DNA from: Candidatus Saccharimonadota bacterium
GTDB lineage: Bacteria; Patescibacteriota; Gracilibacteria; UBA4473
Assembly: GCA_020632335.1 (NCBI GenBank)
Contig: JACKFV010000001.1
Location: 570,001 to 602,000 of the forward strand
DNA length: 32,000 nucleotides
Reading direction: 5' to 3'
In this document: positions 15,552 to 23,624 of the stretch, one piece after another
Numbering within the stretch: position 1 is the first letter of the stretch
How the letters are laid out: each line of letters begins with the position of its first letter
The notes under the pieces: generated by a model
The model's database searches: none
The model's input: only the letters and a program-made list of their open reading frames with translations
Told to the model about the DNA's origin: nothing
Translations under genes and position numbers: made by a program

Positions 15552-15922
15552 TTCCAGATGTCGCTGCTGTCTAGGTCGATGATATCGCCGCTCTGCTTGG
15601 CTTCCTCGGCTTCCCGGATCTTTTGCTGCACGCTCTGCCTTTCCTCGGCCATGCGCAGCGCTTCCTCGGTGCTTATCTCCCCCACGGCGGCCTGGGTCTC
15701 TCCCTGCTTCTCCTGCTCCAGTATCTGCTGGAGTTTGGCTACTTGCTCTTGTTTCATCACCCGGATGAGGTTAAACCAGTACTGGCGCTCGGCGTCGTTC
15801 ATCGCACGAGAGCGGATGATGAGCTGCACCAGCCGTGGGTTACTCTCCAGCAGCTGTGGGTCTATAGAGAAATCAGCGGTGCTCTTGCCAGATGGCGTAC
15901 GGAGCGAGGCGAGATCAGCCAT
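15548..15922 (-). CDS. Hypothetical acidic coiled-coil protein
   Basis: 124 aa. Contains MNDAERQYWFNLIRVMKQEQVAKLQQILEQEKQ. Leaderless-type promoter TTGACC-N17-TATACT-N6-ATG. Its stop overlaps the RNHCP gene end. Confidence 0.6.
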   Translation of the reverse strand: MADLASLRTPSGKSTADFSIDPQLLESNPRLVQLIIRSRAMNDAERQYWFNLIRVMKQEQVAKLQQILEQEKQGETQAAVGEISTEEALRMAEERQSVQQKIREAEEAKQSGDIIDLDSSDIWN

Positions 15923-15928
15923 AGTGCC

Positions 15929-15957
15929 AGTATAGGGGGTTTGCAGCGTGGGGTCAA
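15929..15957 (-). promoter_or_regulatory. Leaderless-type promoter of the coiled-coil protein gene
   Basis: TTGACC-N17-TATACT, then 6 nt, then ATG at 15922. Confidence 0.55.
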
Positions 15958-15980
15958 TCAGAGCCGTGGGGGCAGGAGAG

Positions 15981-15986
15981 TATACT
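15981..15986 (+). promoter_or_regulatory. -10-like TATACT box upstream of the portal-like gene (no clear -35)
   Basis: TATACT, then 19 nt (gccggcgtaatctcctcct), then ATG at 16006. Confidence 0.3.
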
Positions 15987-16005
15987 GCCGGCGTAATCTC
16001 CTCCT

Positions 16006-16233
16006 ATGCTCCCGCACCTTTGTCCTCGGCTCCAGCGCGACCACCGCTATCGGGCGCGCATGCTGCGTATGGCACGGGGGGAATTTGGCGATTTTTTTGA
16101 CACCACCCTGGTGGCAGATTCCCTGGCGAGTTCGCCGCTGTTTCCTCGGCTGGAGGCGATTTTGCGCCGGAAGAAACAAGACGTACACCGGGCATTTCTT
16201 CCTCTGTTTTCTAACTACTTTCAGGCGTATTAG
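16006..16233 (+). CDS. N-terminal fragment of phage portal-like gene (ends at in-frame TAG 16231..16233)
   Basis: 75-aa ORF in the same frame (frame 1) as ORF 16243..17319, separated from it only by TAG plus 3 codons. The ATG sits in the same CU-rich context (taatctcctcctATG) as the ribosomal genes. Combined length of about 437 aa would be portal-sized. Confidence 0.4.
   Translation: MLPHLCPRLQRDHRYRARMLRMARGEFGDFFDTTLVADSLASSPLFPRLEAILRRKKQDVHRAFLPLFSNYFQAY
16231..16233 (+). other. In-frame amber (TAG) codon splitting the portal-like reading frame
   Basis: Codons read ...ttt cag gcg tat TAG cgc atc atc GTG agt ttt..., with the same frame on both sides. Confidence 0.9.
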
Positions 16234-16242
16234 CGCATCATC

Positions 16243-17319
16243 GTGAGTTTTACGCTGGGGGCTCCTCTGGTGCCACTGCTGGAGGATCACGCCGAGAAGC
16301 CCTTCACCCAGTGGCTGGCGGCCCATAGTATGCAAGACGTGCTGGAGGCGCAGCTGCGCGACACCGTGGCCGGAGGCATGGTGGGGATGCGCCTGCGGTG
16401 GGAGGGGGAGGAGATTGTCCCAGAGCCCTTCAGTGCGGAGCAGTACTACCCCGCACGCCACCTGCTGTATGGGTATGACGCCGCGGAGGCCTGTCTACTC
16501 TGGCAGCGGGAGCACGAGAATGGTCAGCTGGGGCACTACCTTATGCACTACGCCGCGGAGGAGACGGGCTATCACCTCCACTATGGTGATGTGCAGCTGG
16601 GGGAGCAGGGGCAGTGCCAGGCGCCTGTGCCGCTGCACCGTGAGGAGAAGCCCTACCCCGTACTGCCGCTGGTGGTGATGCATAACCTCAGTACGGATGC
16701 CTATGGCCTGGGGGTGAGTAGCTTTACGCATGGGGTGGGGCTGGTGCAGGCCATTGCGCTGCTGGAGACCATTGCACTGATAGAGATCCAGAGCCACTTC
16801 ATGAGTAAATTGGCTATCCCCATGACGCACATCCACCATGTGCAGCGGATGGAGAAACTGAGTGAGGGTGGAGGGTTTGACCCCAGCTATTACATCTTCC
16901 CGGATGATGGGAGCATCCCCCAGTATGTGCAGAAGGACAACGCTTTCTTTACCCCGCTGTTTGACCTCATCGCTACGCTGAAGCAGGAGCTCAGTCTGCA
17001 GTGGGGGGTGCCGCTCAGCCTGCTGATGCGAGAGACCACCGGCACCGAGAAAGTCGAGCTGAGCCAGGTGCGTCGGCGGCCATTTGTGCAGATGATCCGC
17101 CAGTACCAGCGGCGGGTGCAGCGCTATCTCACGCAGATGGCTGGGGTGTACTACCGTCTGCTGGGGTACGAGGAAACCCCCGTGTTGCGCTGGCAGTGGG
17201 GGGAGGTGCTGGCGCCGGATAGTTATAAGGAGACCGAACGTATCCTCAGCCAGCTGGAGGCCGGGGTGATATCGAAGACCGAGGCGCGGCAGCTACTGGG
17301 TATGGAGGGGCAGGCCTAG
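16243..17319 (+). CDS. Phage portal protein-like (main body and C-terminus)
   Basis: 358-aa ORF with a GTG start per the track. The C-terminal layout LSLQWGVPLSLLMRETTG...RWQWGEVLAPDSYKETERILSQLEAGVISKTEARQLLGMEG resembles portal (SPP1 gp6 / HK97-type) wing and crown regions. No search was run. Confidence 0.6.
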   Translation: MSFTLGAPLVPLLEDHAEKPFTQWLAAHSMQDVLEAQLRDTVAGGMVGMRLRWEGEEIVPEPFSAEQYYPARHLLYGYDAAEACLLWQREHENGQLGHYLMHYAAEETGYHLHYGDVQLGEQGQCQAPVPLHREEKPYPVLPLVVMHNLSTDAYGLGVSSFTHGVGLVQAIALLETIALIEIQSHFMSKLAIPMTHIHHVQRMEKLSEGGGFDPSYYIFPDDGSIPQYVQKDNAFFTPLFDLIATLKQELSLQWGVPLSLLMRETTGTEKVELSQVRRRPFVQMIRQYQRRVQRYLTQMAGVYYRLLGYEETPVLRWQWGEVLAPDSYKETERILSQLEAGVISKTEARQLLGMEGQA

Positions 17320-17356
17320 CCCTGCGGCCGTTGCGGCCAGGAGGTGAGACGAGAAA

Positions 17357-17381
17357 GGCTCCCGCTGTGGGGGCTTTTTTT
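17357..17381 (+). terminator. Intrinsic terminator after the portal-like gene
   Basis: The sequence ggctccc(gctgt)gggggct forms a 7-bp stem including 2 G-U pairs. It is followed by ttttttt, about 40 nt after the TAG stop. It lies between convergent genes. Confidence 0.6.
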
Positions 17382-17384
17382 GTA

Positions 17385-18092
17385 CTAGGCCAGAGGGAGC
17401 ACGAGCACGGCCTGCGCGCCGCCACTGGGCTTATTACTCAGGCTGAAGCTGCCATGATGGATGCGGGCTATTTTATCCACAATGCTGAGCCCCAGGCCAC
17501 TACCGGCGGTGTCCTCCAGCGGTTTGCCCAGGTGGGCGAGTACGGCATCGGGGACGCCAGGGCCGTTATCTTCTATGATGATGGTGATCTGCCGTGGGTC
17601 GCGCCGTATGGTGAGGGTGATGGTACTGCCCGCGGGGGTATAGGTAGCGGCGTTGTGTAGCAAGATGCTCAGCGCTTCGATGATGAGATCTTTGACCACC
17701 ACAGCCACGGCGGGAGCGGTGCTGGTGCGGTCGTGGTAGAGGAAGGTATGGCGGGAGTCTTGCCCCTGGGTACTGGCATAGAGGTCTTTACACAGCAGGT
17801 CTATCTCGATGTGCTGGCGTTCGTAGTGCACGTCGTGGTTCAGTGACGAGAGGAACATCATGCGTGAGAGCATGTGGCTGATGGTCTTGCACTGCTCTTG
17901 GATGCTCTCTTGGCGCTCTGCAGTGGGGTCTTCTCTATATCGGTTGACGTTGAAGAAGAGGCCAATGAGTGGATTCTTCAGCTGGTGCGTACACAGCCGG
18001 AAGAGCGAGGTTTGCTCCTCCAGCTGCTCCATCAGGCGCTTATTATCCTGCAGGAGGCGTTGGTACTCTTGAGCGAGGGCGTTCATCTGCAT
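17385..18092 (-). CDS. Soluble sensor histidine kinase (HisKA + HATPase_c, no TM or sensor domain, no adjacent response regulator)
   Basis: 235 aa. H-box CTHQLKNPL, N-box LLHNAATYTP, G1 IEDNGPGVP, G2 GSGLGLSIV. An N-terminal coiled coil is the only other region. Confidence 0.85.
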   Translation of the reverse strand: MQMNALAQEYQRLLQDNKRLMEQLEEQTSLFRLCTHQLKNPLIGLFFNVNRYREDPTAERQESIQEQCKTISHMLSRMMFLSSLNHDVHYERQHIEIDLLCKDLYASTQGQDSRHTFLYHDRTSTAPAVAVVVKDLIIEALSILLHNAATYTPAGSTITLTIRRDPRQITIIIEDNGPGVPDAVLAHLGKPLEDTAGSGLGLSIVDKIARIHHGSFSLSNKPSGGAQAVLVLPLA

Positions 18093-18098
18093 ACCCCT

Positions 18099-18127
18099 AT
18101 GCTAGCGTCTGTGCTCACGGTGGTCGA
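18099..18127 (-). promoter_or_regulatory. Leaderless-type promoter of the histidine kinase gene
   Basis: TCGACC-N17-TAGCAT, then 6 nt, then ATG at 18092. Confidence 0.45.
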
Positions 18128-18147
18128 GCCATAATCTGCTAAAACTT

Positions 18148-18552
18148 TCATGAAGTTTCCAGAGCGGCTCTGATGCGCTCTTGCATAGCGGTGAGCTCCT
18201 CAGGGGTGGCGTCATGGGATGGGTGGTGGAGGGCCTCTCCGCTGGAGGCCGGAATGAGGTGGTAGTGCGCGTGGGGCACGTCAAAACCCTGGACCATACT
18301 GGCGATGCGCTGGGCTCCGGTAGCGAGCAGGAGTGCGGGGCTGAGCAGCTTAGCGGTGCGGAAGATGGCGCTGTAGTAGGGCTCTGGTACGTCGTAGAGG
18401 TGGTCGACCTCACACCGGGGGATGACCAGCGTATGCCCCGGGGTGATGGGCGAGCGGTCGAGGAAGGCCACGGTATAGTCGTCTTGGTACACGATGGCGG
18501 CGGGGATTTCTCCCGCGATGATACGGCTGAAGATACTGGGCATATGCTGCAT
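18148..18552 (-). CDS. HIT-family nucleotide hydrolase
   Basis: 134 aa. CIF-like SIFSRIIAGEIPAAIVYQDD and histidine triad HAHYHLIP. Confidence 0.9.
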   Translation of the reverse strand: MQHMPSIFSRIIAGEIPAAIVYQDDYTVAFLDRSPITPGHTLVIPRCEVDHLYDVPEPYYSAIFRTAKLLSPALLLATGAQRIASMVQGFDVPHAHYHLIPASSGEALHHPSHDATPEELTAMQERIRAALETS

Positions 18553-18558
18553 ACTCTC

Positions 18559-18586
18559 TTTGTACTGGGGTTTTGTCTCTTGGCAA
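18559..18586 (-). promoter_or_regulatory. Leaderless-type promoter of the HIT gene
   Basis: TTGCCA-N16-TACAAA, then 6 nt, then ATG at 18552. Confidence 0.5.
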
Positions 18587-18608
18587 CTCTCTGGCTACCC
18601 TGTAGTAT
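18580..18608 (+). promoter_or_regulatory. Leaderless-type promoter of the PfkB kinase gene
   Basis: TTGGCA-N17-TAGTAT, then 6 nt, then ATG at 18615. Its -35 shares the palindromic TTGGCAA with the divergent HIT promoter. Confidence 0.5.
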
Positions 18609-18614
18609 AGAGCC

Positions 18615-19658
18615 ATGATGGACGTGCTTTCTATCGGTTCGCTCACGGTAGATACCTTCTACTGGGGCGCAGACCTCCACCACACGGTAGAGCAGGTGAA
18701 CCCCGAGGAGCGTGCCTTTGTGCTGCCGGTGGGGGGCAAGATAGGTATAGAGCGGGTATACGAGTTCTGTGGTGGGGGCGCGGCTAATACCAGCATCGGC
18801 TTTGCCAAGCTCGGGCTGCGAGCGGGGGTGCTCAGCAGCATTGGTGAGGATCATCACGGGCACTTCATCACCCGCACGCTGGACCACTATGGCATAGACC
18901 AGACCTGCCTGCAGCGTGTGCCGGGGGGGAGCTCCAGCCAGAGTGTGGTGCTGATGGCCGAGGACGGGGGCCGCACGGTGCTCCACCACAAGATGGAGAG
19001 CCCGCCGGAGGCGTCGCTTTTCCCTCCGGAGACCGCTATGCGCTGTGTGTACCTGGGCCACGTGCGGGAGGAATCGGAGGGGCTCATCCCTCGGGTAGTG
19101 GCCTGGAAGCAGCAATATGAGGGGATCCTGGGGTGGAATCCGGGCTCTACTCAGCTGCGTAAGGGCTGGGAACACTGGCAGGAGATCCTCCGCCACACAG
19201 ATGTGCTCATTCTGAATGTAGAAGAGCTCGAGCAGCTCACGCGGATGAAGGCTCCTGTGGTGGGCGCCTCTGTGCTGCTGGAGGAGATAGAGCTGCTCAC
19301 CGTGCCAGATGGGCGGCCCGCCACAGTACTACGCGACGTACGGGCTATGGCAGCGCTGCTGCTGGGGCAGGGGCTGGGGGCGCTGCTGGTGACGGATGGT
19401 GGTGCTGGCGCGCAGCTCTATACCGCGGCGGGAGCGGCCTGCTATGCCCCCGGTACGAGCCAGCCGCCGGTGAGCACCCTGGGCGCGGGTGACAGCTGCA
19501 GTGTGGGGTATATAGCCGCGCTGCTGCACGGAGAGCCCCCTGCCATGGCGATGCGCTGGGCGGCGATAAATGCCGCGGGTACGGTACAGATCTTTGGGGC
19601 GCAGGAGGGGCAGCGCACGCTGGAGGAGATGAGGGCGCTCACCGGTGCGTCACTGTAG
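18615..19658 (+). CDS. PfkB-family carbohydrate kinase
   Basis: 347 aa. Contains GGGAANTSIGFAKLGL and the C-terminal GAGDSCSVGYIAALL motif. Confidence 0.85.
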   Translation: MMDVLSIGSLTVDTFYWGADLHHTVEQVNPEERAFVLPVGGKIGIERVYEFCGGGAANTSIGFAKLGLRAGVLSSIGEDHHGHFITRTLDHYGIDQTCLQRVPGGSSSQSVVLMAEDGGRTVLHHKMESPPEASLFPPETAMRCVYLGHVREESEGLIPRVVAWKQQYEGILGWNPGSTQLRKGWEHWQEILRHTDVLILNVEELEQLTRMKAPVVGASVLLEEIELLTVPDGRPATVLRDVRAMAALLLGQGLGALLVTDGGAGAQLYTAAGAACYAPGTSQPPVSTLGAGDSCSVGYIAALLHGEPPAMAMRWAAINAAGTVQIFGAQEGQRTLEEMRALTGASL

Positions 19659-19664
19659 GGGAGG

Positions 19665-20606
19665 CTAGAGCATCCCGGCGACTTTGCCCACAAAGGCCAC
19701 ATACAGCACCAGCAGCGCGGCGCCCTCCAGCAGGGGGACTTTGCGGTCCCACATGACGAAGATAAACGCGATGGTAGCCAGCAGGAAGAAGGGAATCCCG
19801 ATGGCAAGCGCGGTAGGAGACGTCGTCACGGTGCCCAGCAGCGCCGGTATGGGCACTACCATGAGGAGGTTGAAGATATTGGACCCAAAGACATTCCCCA
19901 GCGCTATACCCGTCTGCCCGCGGTGGCTGGCCTGCACACTCACGATGATCTCCGGTAGACTGGTGCCCACCGCTACCAGCAGCATGGTGAGCGTCTCAGA
20001 GGCGATGCCCAACAGCCCGCTGAGCGTCTGCAGGGCGTCTACGGTGAACTTCCCGCCGAGGAAAATCCCTACGCAGGAGCCGATGAGAATGAGTACGGTG
20101 CTGGGTTCTATGCGGTTGTGGGTCTCTACGTTCTCAAAGTCCTCCGACACACTGGTGAGCGTATAGGCCAAGAAAAACCCAAAGAACACCAGGCTCAGCA
20201 GGGCCTCCCATAGGCTGAAGCTCCCGTCCATAATGAAGATAACAAAGAGCCCCGAGCTAATGACCATGAAGGGTACGTCGATGTCGACAATGTCTTTCTC
20301 CAGCATCAGCCGGCGCGAGACAATCGCCGAGATACCCACCACCAGCAAGCAGTTGGCGATGTTACTCCCGATGACGTTATCTATCGCAAAGGACTGCATA
20401 GCTGGGTCGCCCTGCAGGGTGGCAATGGTGGAGGTAATGAGCTCTGGCAGACTGGTGCCGATGCTGGTGATGAGCGCGCCGATGAGGAAGCTGCTCAGCC
20501 CGATAGACCGCCCGATGCGCTCTGCGGCGGCGGTGAACCAGTCGGCGCTCTTCAGCAGTAGCCCCAGTGCTGCGATGAAGATGCCCGTCCAGAGGAGAAT
20601 TAGCAT
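19665..20606 (-). CDS. Ca2+/cation antiporter (CaCA, YrbG-like)
   Basis: 313 aa, polytopic. Duplicated alpha-repeat motifs GTSLPELITS and GTSLPEIIVS, plus GNVFGSNIFNLL. Confidence 0.9.
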   Translation of the reverse strand: MLILLWTGIFIAALGLLLKSADWFTAAAERIGRSIGLSSFLIGALITSIGTSLPELITSTIATLQGDPAMQSFAIDNVIGSNIANCLLVVGISAIVSRRLMLEKDIVDIDVPFMVISSGLFVIFIMDGSFSLWEALLSLVFFGFFLAYTLTSVSEDFENVETHNRIEPSTVLILIGSCVGIFLGGKFTVDALQTLSGLLGIASETLTMLLVAVGTSLPEIIVSVQASHRGQTGIALGNVFGSNIFNLLMVVPIPALLGTVTTSPTALAIGIPFFLLATIAFIFVMWDRKVPLLEGAALLVLYVAFVGKVAGML

Positions 20607-20613
20607 GCCCTGC

Positions 20614-20641
20614 AGTCTAAGCCCCAGAGGCGGTAGAGCAA
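20614..20641 (-). promoter_or_regulatory. Leaderless-type promoter of the CaCA exchanger gene
   Basis: TTGCTC-N16-TAGACT, then 7 nt, then ATG at 20606. Confidence 0.45.
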
Positions 20642-20648
20642 GCGCTTC

Positions 20649-20657
20649 TGCTACAAT
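20649..20657 (+). promoter_or_regulatory. Extended -10 (TGcTACAAT) upstream of the Tal-like gene
   Basis: TGcTACAAT, then 23 nt (CU-rich), then ATG at 20681. No -35 is recognisable. Confidence 0.4.
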
Positions 20658-20680
20658 GGGCCTAGTTTTCTCCCCCTGGC

Positions 20681-21727
20681 ATGCTCACGCTTCACCTCCT
20701 CAACGCCCAGCTGCAGCCCACTCGCACGCTGCCCATTACCCGTATGCAGCTGCGGGAGGGGCTGCATGGGGAGCTGAGCGGGAGCGTGACGGTGCCGCTG
20801 CATGCCTGCACAGGGGACGCACCAGCGCCCGTGACGGCGCTCTGGCAGCCGGTGCGGGTTCTCTATAGGGCCAGTACTAGCCCCCAGGCGGAGGAGCTCT
20901 GCACGGGGTTTCTCACCCAGGTGGTGGCCAGTAGTGAGGGGCTGACGCTCTCTCTCATCGGGCTGCCTGGCTATCTGCAGCGCTGTGTGGTGCCCGTGGG
21001 GGCGGTGGGGGAGCAACCCCTGCGGGAGCGACTCCAGCAGCTGTGGACGCAGATAACGCAGATGCTGCCCACCGTGCTCCGCTTGCAGAGCGATATAGAG
21101 GCCCTCAGTACCAGCACCGTGTACCCCGGCATGAGCCTCTGGGACGTTATCATCCCCTGGCTGCAGGTGGGGGCGGTACTGCGTATGCATCTGCCGGATA
21201 TCTCCCTCTGGCAGACGCCACCACTGCTACAGTGCCCGGGGCTGCGGTTCTCGGGCATGAGCGCCGGGGGGGACACCCTCACTTTTCCTATCACTCGGCA
21301 GAGTGACGCGCTGCTGGCGGCCAACTACGCTGTGGTACAGGGGGATAGCTCGCTCTACCGTACGGCGGGGCTGAGCCCGCTGCTGCTGCCGCTGGGGGCC
21401 TTCTGGCGGATAACGGGCACGGGGCAGCTGCCCCAGCAGGCCGAGGCGCTGCTGACCCCCCGCCTGGAGCCCACGCGCAGCACTACCGTTACCCTCCACC
21501 CCCATCAGCTCCCCCAGCACTACCCGGTGGGGGCGGTGACGTCTTTCTCGCTGCGGACGGGCTGGGAGGGACTCACGGCGGAGGAGCGGGTGACCATCAC
21601 GGAGCGGACGCTCACGCTGCGGGAGACGGGGCTGACGACTACCCTCACCCTGGTACCACAGGGGACGGTACCACTGCTGGAGGCTTCTCTGGAGGCCAGA
21701 CTGCGTGTGGTGGAGGGGAGTTCTTGA
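20681..21727 (+). CDS. Phage tail hub / Tal N-terminal (Prophage_tail, gp27-like)-like protein
   Basis: 348 aa. The layout LHLLNAQLQPTRTLP.ITRMQLREGLHGELSGSVTVPLH ... SLWDVIIPWLQVGAVLRMH ... GLRFSGMSAGGDTLTFPITRQSDALLAANYAVVQG resembles the structural N-terminal part of siphovirus tail-associated (Tal) proteins. There is no enzymatic C-terminal domain. By-eye call only. Confidence 0.45.
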   Translation: MLTLHLLNAQLQPTRTLPITRMQLREGLHGELSGSVTVPLHACTGDAPAPVTALWQPVRVLYRASTSPQAEELCTGFLTQVVASSEGLTLSLIGLPGYLQRCVVPVGAVGEQPLRERLQQLWTQITQMLPTVLRLQSDIEALSTSTVYPGMSLWDVIIPWLQVGAVLRMHLPDISLWQTPPLLQCPGLRFSGMSAGGDTLTFPITRQSDALLAANYAVVQGDSSLYRTAGLSPLLLPLGAFWRITGTGQLPQQAEALLTPRLEPTRSTTVTLHPHQLPQHYPVGAVTSFSLRTGWEGLTAEERVTITERTLTLRETGLTTTLTLVPQGTVPLLEASLEARLRVVEGSS

Positions 21728-21759
21728 GATTTTCGCTTTGTGCAGCGCCTAGTGGTGGC

Positions 21760-21765
21760 TATACT
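21760..21765 (+). promoter_or_regulatory. -10 box of a leaderless-type recJ promoter
   Basis: TATACT, then 6 nt (ggaggc), then ATG at 21772. Confidence 0.45.
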
Positions 21766-21771
21766 GGAGGC

Positions 21772-23454
21772 ATGACCCCCACCCACAGCGGCAAGACCTG
21801 GGCCAGCGCGGCGCCCCTTATCCAGCTCTCTGAGCTCCATACCGTGCTGCAGGAGAAGTACCACCTCACGAATCCTGCAGCGGTGCGCAGCTATTGCAGT
21901 CCTTCTCTGGGGGACCTGCACAGCCCGTGGACTATGGCGGATATGGACAGTGCCGTGCAGCGCATCACTACTGCTATAGAGCGCCAGGAGCGGATCATGG
22001 TATATGGGGATTTCGACACCGATGGGATCATGAGCACCGTACAGCTCTATGATGGTTTGCGGACGCTGGGGGCGGCGGTCAGCTACCGCATCCCCCACCG
22101 GGTGGCGCATAGCCATGGCCTGCACTATGACCTGCTCGACGAGATTATCAGTAAGGAGGTGAAGCTGCTCATCACCTGTGACTGCGGGAGTAACGACGCG
22201 GCTGAGGTGGCCTACATAGCGGAGCGAGGCATAGACGTCATCATCACAGACCACCACCACCCGGACCCGGCTCGTCGGCCTGTGGCGGCTACCGCTATGG
22301 TGAACCCGCACCAGCCCCACTGCGCCTACCCGTATAAGCATCTCTCGGGTAGCGCGGTGGCGTTTAAGCTGCTCTCAGCGCTGGGGGAGAGGCTGCTCAG
22401 TGACCAAGACGAACTGGCCGAGTACCTCACCCGCTACCTGGAGCCCTGCGCCATAGGCATCATCGCAGACTGTATGCCGCTGACGGGAGAGAACCGCACG
22501 CTGAGCATCGGTGGCCTGAGCCTCATGCAGCAGAGCCAGTGGGAGGTGATAGAGGAGATACTGCTGCTGACCAATACTCACCCAGAGACGATAGACGAGG
22601 ACACGGTGCGATTCCAGATAGCGCCACGGCTGAATGCTGCTAGCCGCCTGGGGGACGTCTACACGGCGGTCAAGGCCTTCACGGATACCGGTGAAACCAT
22701 GCGCCGGGCGCTGTCGCAGCTGGATACCTGGAACGAGCAGCGCAAACGCCTGACCGACATCGCGCTTACCCAGTCGTTCAGCCAGGTGGTGCCGGGGGCT
22801 CCGTGGCAGCTGCTGGTGCACGAGGAGTGGATCCCGGGGATTCTCGGGCTCATTGCCAGTAAGCAGAGCGAGCGGCTGCAGGTGCCGGTCATCGCCTGCC
22901 GGCTGAATGAAGACGGTACGGTACAGGCCAGCTGCCGTGCGCCGGAGGGGTACAGCATCATCGCCGCGCTGCAGACGTGCCCGGGGTTCTTTACTCGTGT
23001 GGGGGGGCATGCGGGGGCTGCAGGATTCCAGACCACCCGTGGCCAGCTGGACGCTATAGAGCAGGCGCTGCAGGGCTACTTTGCCGCGTATACACCCCCA
23101 CCGCTTACTCAGGCGGTAGACGGTATCCTCCCCGCCACGCTGCTGACGGTGTCCCTCCTGCCCCTGCTGCGGGAGTACCAGCCTTTTGGCCTGGGGGCTG
23201 CGGCGCCACAGTGGCTCTTGCCCGGGTGCCAGGTGCTGGCCACGCAGCTTATGGGGAGTGATAAAACCCACCTGAAAGTCACGGTGCTGTATGACGGGGT
23301 GGAGAGAGAGCTGCTGCACTTCTTTGGCCGAGATGACGAGGGGCAGTTCCCCCCGGGGAGCGAGAAAGACATGCTGGTGACGGTGGGGCGCAGTAGCTTC
23401 CGGGGGGAGGAGCGGCTGGCGCTGTACCTGGTGGACTGGCGAGAGGGGACGTAA
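21772..23454 (+). CDS. recJ: Single-stranded-DNA-specific exonuclease RecJ
   Basis: DHH motifs DFDTDGI, ITCDCG and ITDHHHP, plus a DHHA1-like GGHAGAAG. I prefer ATG 21772 over the track's TTG at 21724 because TATACT lies exactly 6 nt upstream, matching the window's leaderless pattern. Confidence 0.92.
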   Translation: MTPTHSGKTWASAAPLIQLSELHTVLQEKYHLTNPAAVRSYCSPSLGDLHSPWTMADMDSAVQRITTAIERQERIMVYGDFDTDGIMSTVQLYDGLRTLGAAVSYRIPHRVAHSHGLHYDLLDEIISKEVKLLITCDCGSNDAAEVAYIAERGIDVIITDHHHPDPARRPVAATAMVNPHQPHCAYPYKHLSGSAVAFKLLSALGERLLSDQDELAEYLTRYLEPCAIGIIADCMPLTGENRTLSIGGLSLMQQSQWEVIEEILLLTNTHPETIDEDTVRFQIAPRLNAASRLGDVYTAVKAFTDTGETMRRALSQLDTWNEQRKRLTDIALTQSFSQVVPGAPWQLLVHEEWIPGILGLIASKQSERLQVPVIACRLNEDGTVQASCRAPEGYSIIAALQTCPGFFTRVGGHAGAAGFQTTRGQLDAIEQALQGYFAAYTPPPLTQAVDGILPATLLTVSLLPLLREYQPFGLGAAAPQWLLPGCQVLATQLMGSDKTHLKVTVLYDGVERELLHFFGRDDEGQFPPGSEKDMLVTVGRSSFRGEERLALYLVDWREGT

Positions 23455-23482
23455 AAATACCGGGGAGTTTATCCACCGGTAT
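23452..23482 (-). terminator. Hairpin plus short U-run after the PBP / small-ORF unit
   Basis: Perfect 7-bp stem ataccgg/ccggtat with a 12-nt loop. Only UUUU follows on the minus strand, so it is weak to moderate. Confidence 0.4.
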
Positions 23483-23624
23483 GGGGAGAAGGGTCTTCTG
23501 GCTCTTCTAGATATGGTTCTAGATAGGAGAATCCCCCTCGGTAACGGGCGCAAAAATCTTCGTCATTAGCTACATTTGTTCGTAGTGCTGCTAGTGTTTC
23601 CAATAATTCTTTCATTTTTTTCAT
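23469..23624 (-). CDS. Possible 51-aa small protein downstream of the PBP gene
   Basis: Below the track cutoff; my translation is MKKMKELLETLAALRTNVANDEDFCARYRGGFSYLEPYLEEPEDPSPHTGG. It lies between the PBP stop and a minus-strand hairpin followed by a U-run. No family recognised, so it could be non-coding. Confidence 0.25.
   Translation of the reverse strand: MKKMKELLETLAALRTNVANDEDFCARYRGGFSYLEPYLEEPEDPSPHTGG
23505..23525. repeat. Tandem 9-mer TTCTAGATA x2 (3-nt spacer), each containing the palindrome TCTAGA
   Basis: The sequence ttctagata tgg ttctagata encodes YLEPYLE if the small minus-strand ORF is real. Otherwise it is a possible dimer-binding site. Confidence 0.5.

Noticed and set aside
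17320-17345. Direct repeat GCGGCC-gtt-GCGGCC after the portal-like gene, considered as a possible att or repeat element.
   Set aside because: It is a single short occurrence forming a tiny hairpin. There is no second copy elsewhere in the window.
17385-18092. Orphan soluble histidine kinase convergent with the portal-like gene, considered as a dedicated regulator of the phage-like genes.
   Set aside because: The association rests on adjacency alone. There is no response regulator or shared signal in the window, so nothing supports a functional link.
21766-21771. GGAGGC immediately before the recJ ATG, considered as a Shine-Dalgarno site.
   Set aside because: It abuts the ATG with no spacer, so it is not at SD distance. 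It is the 6-nt gap between a TATACT box and the ATG, and no other gene in the window shows an SD.
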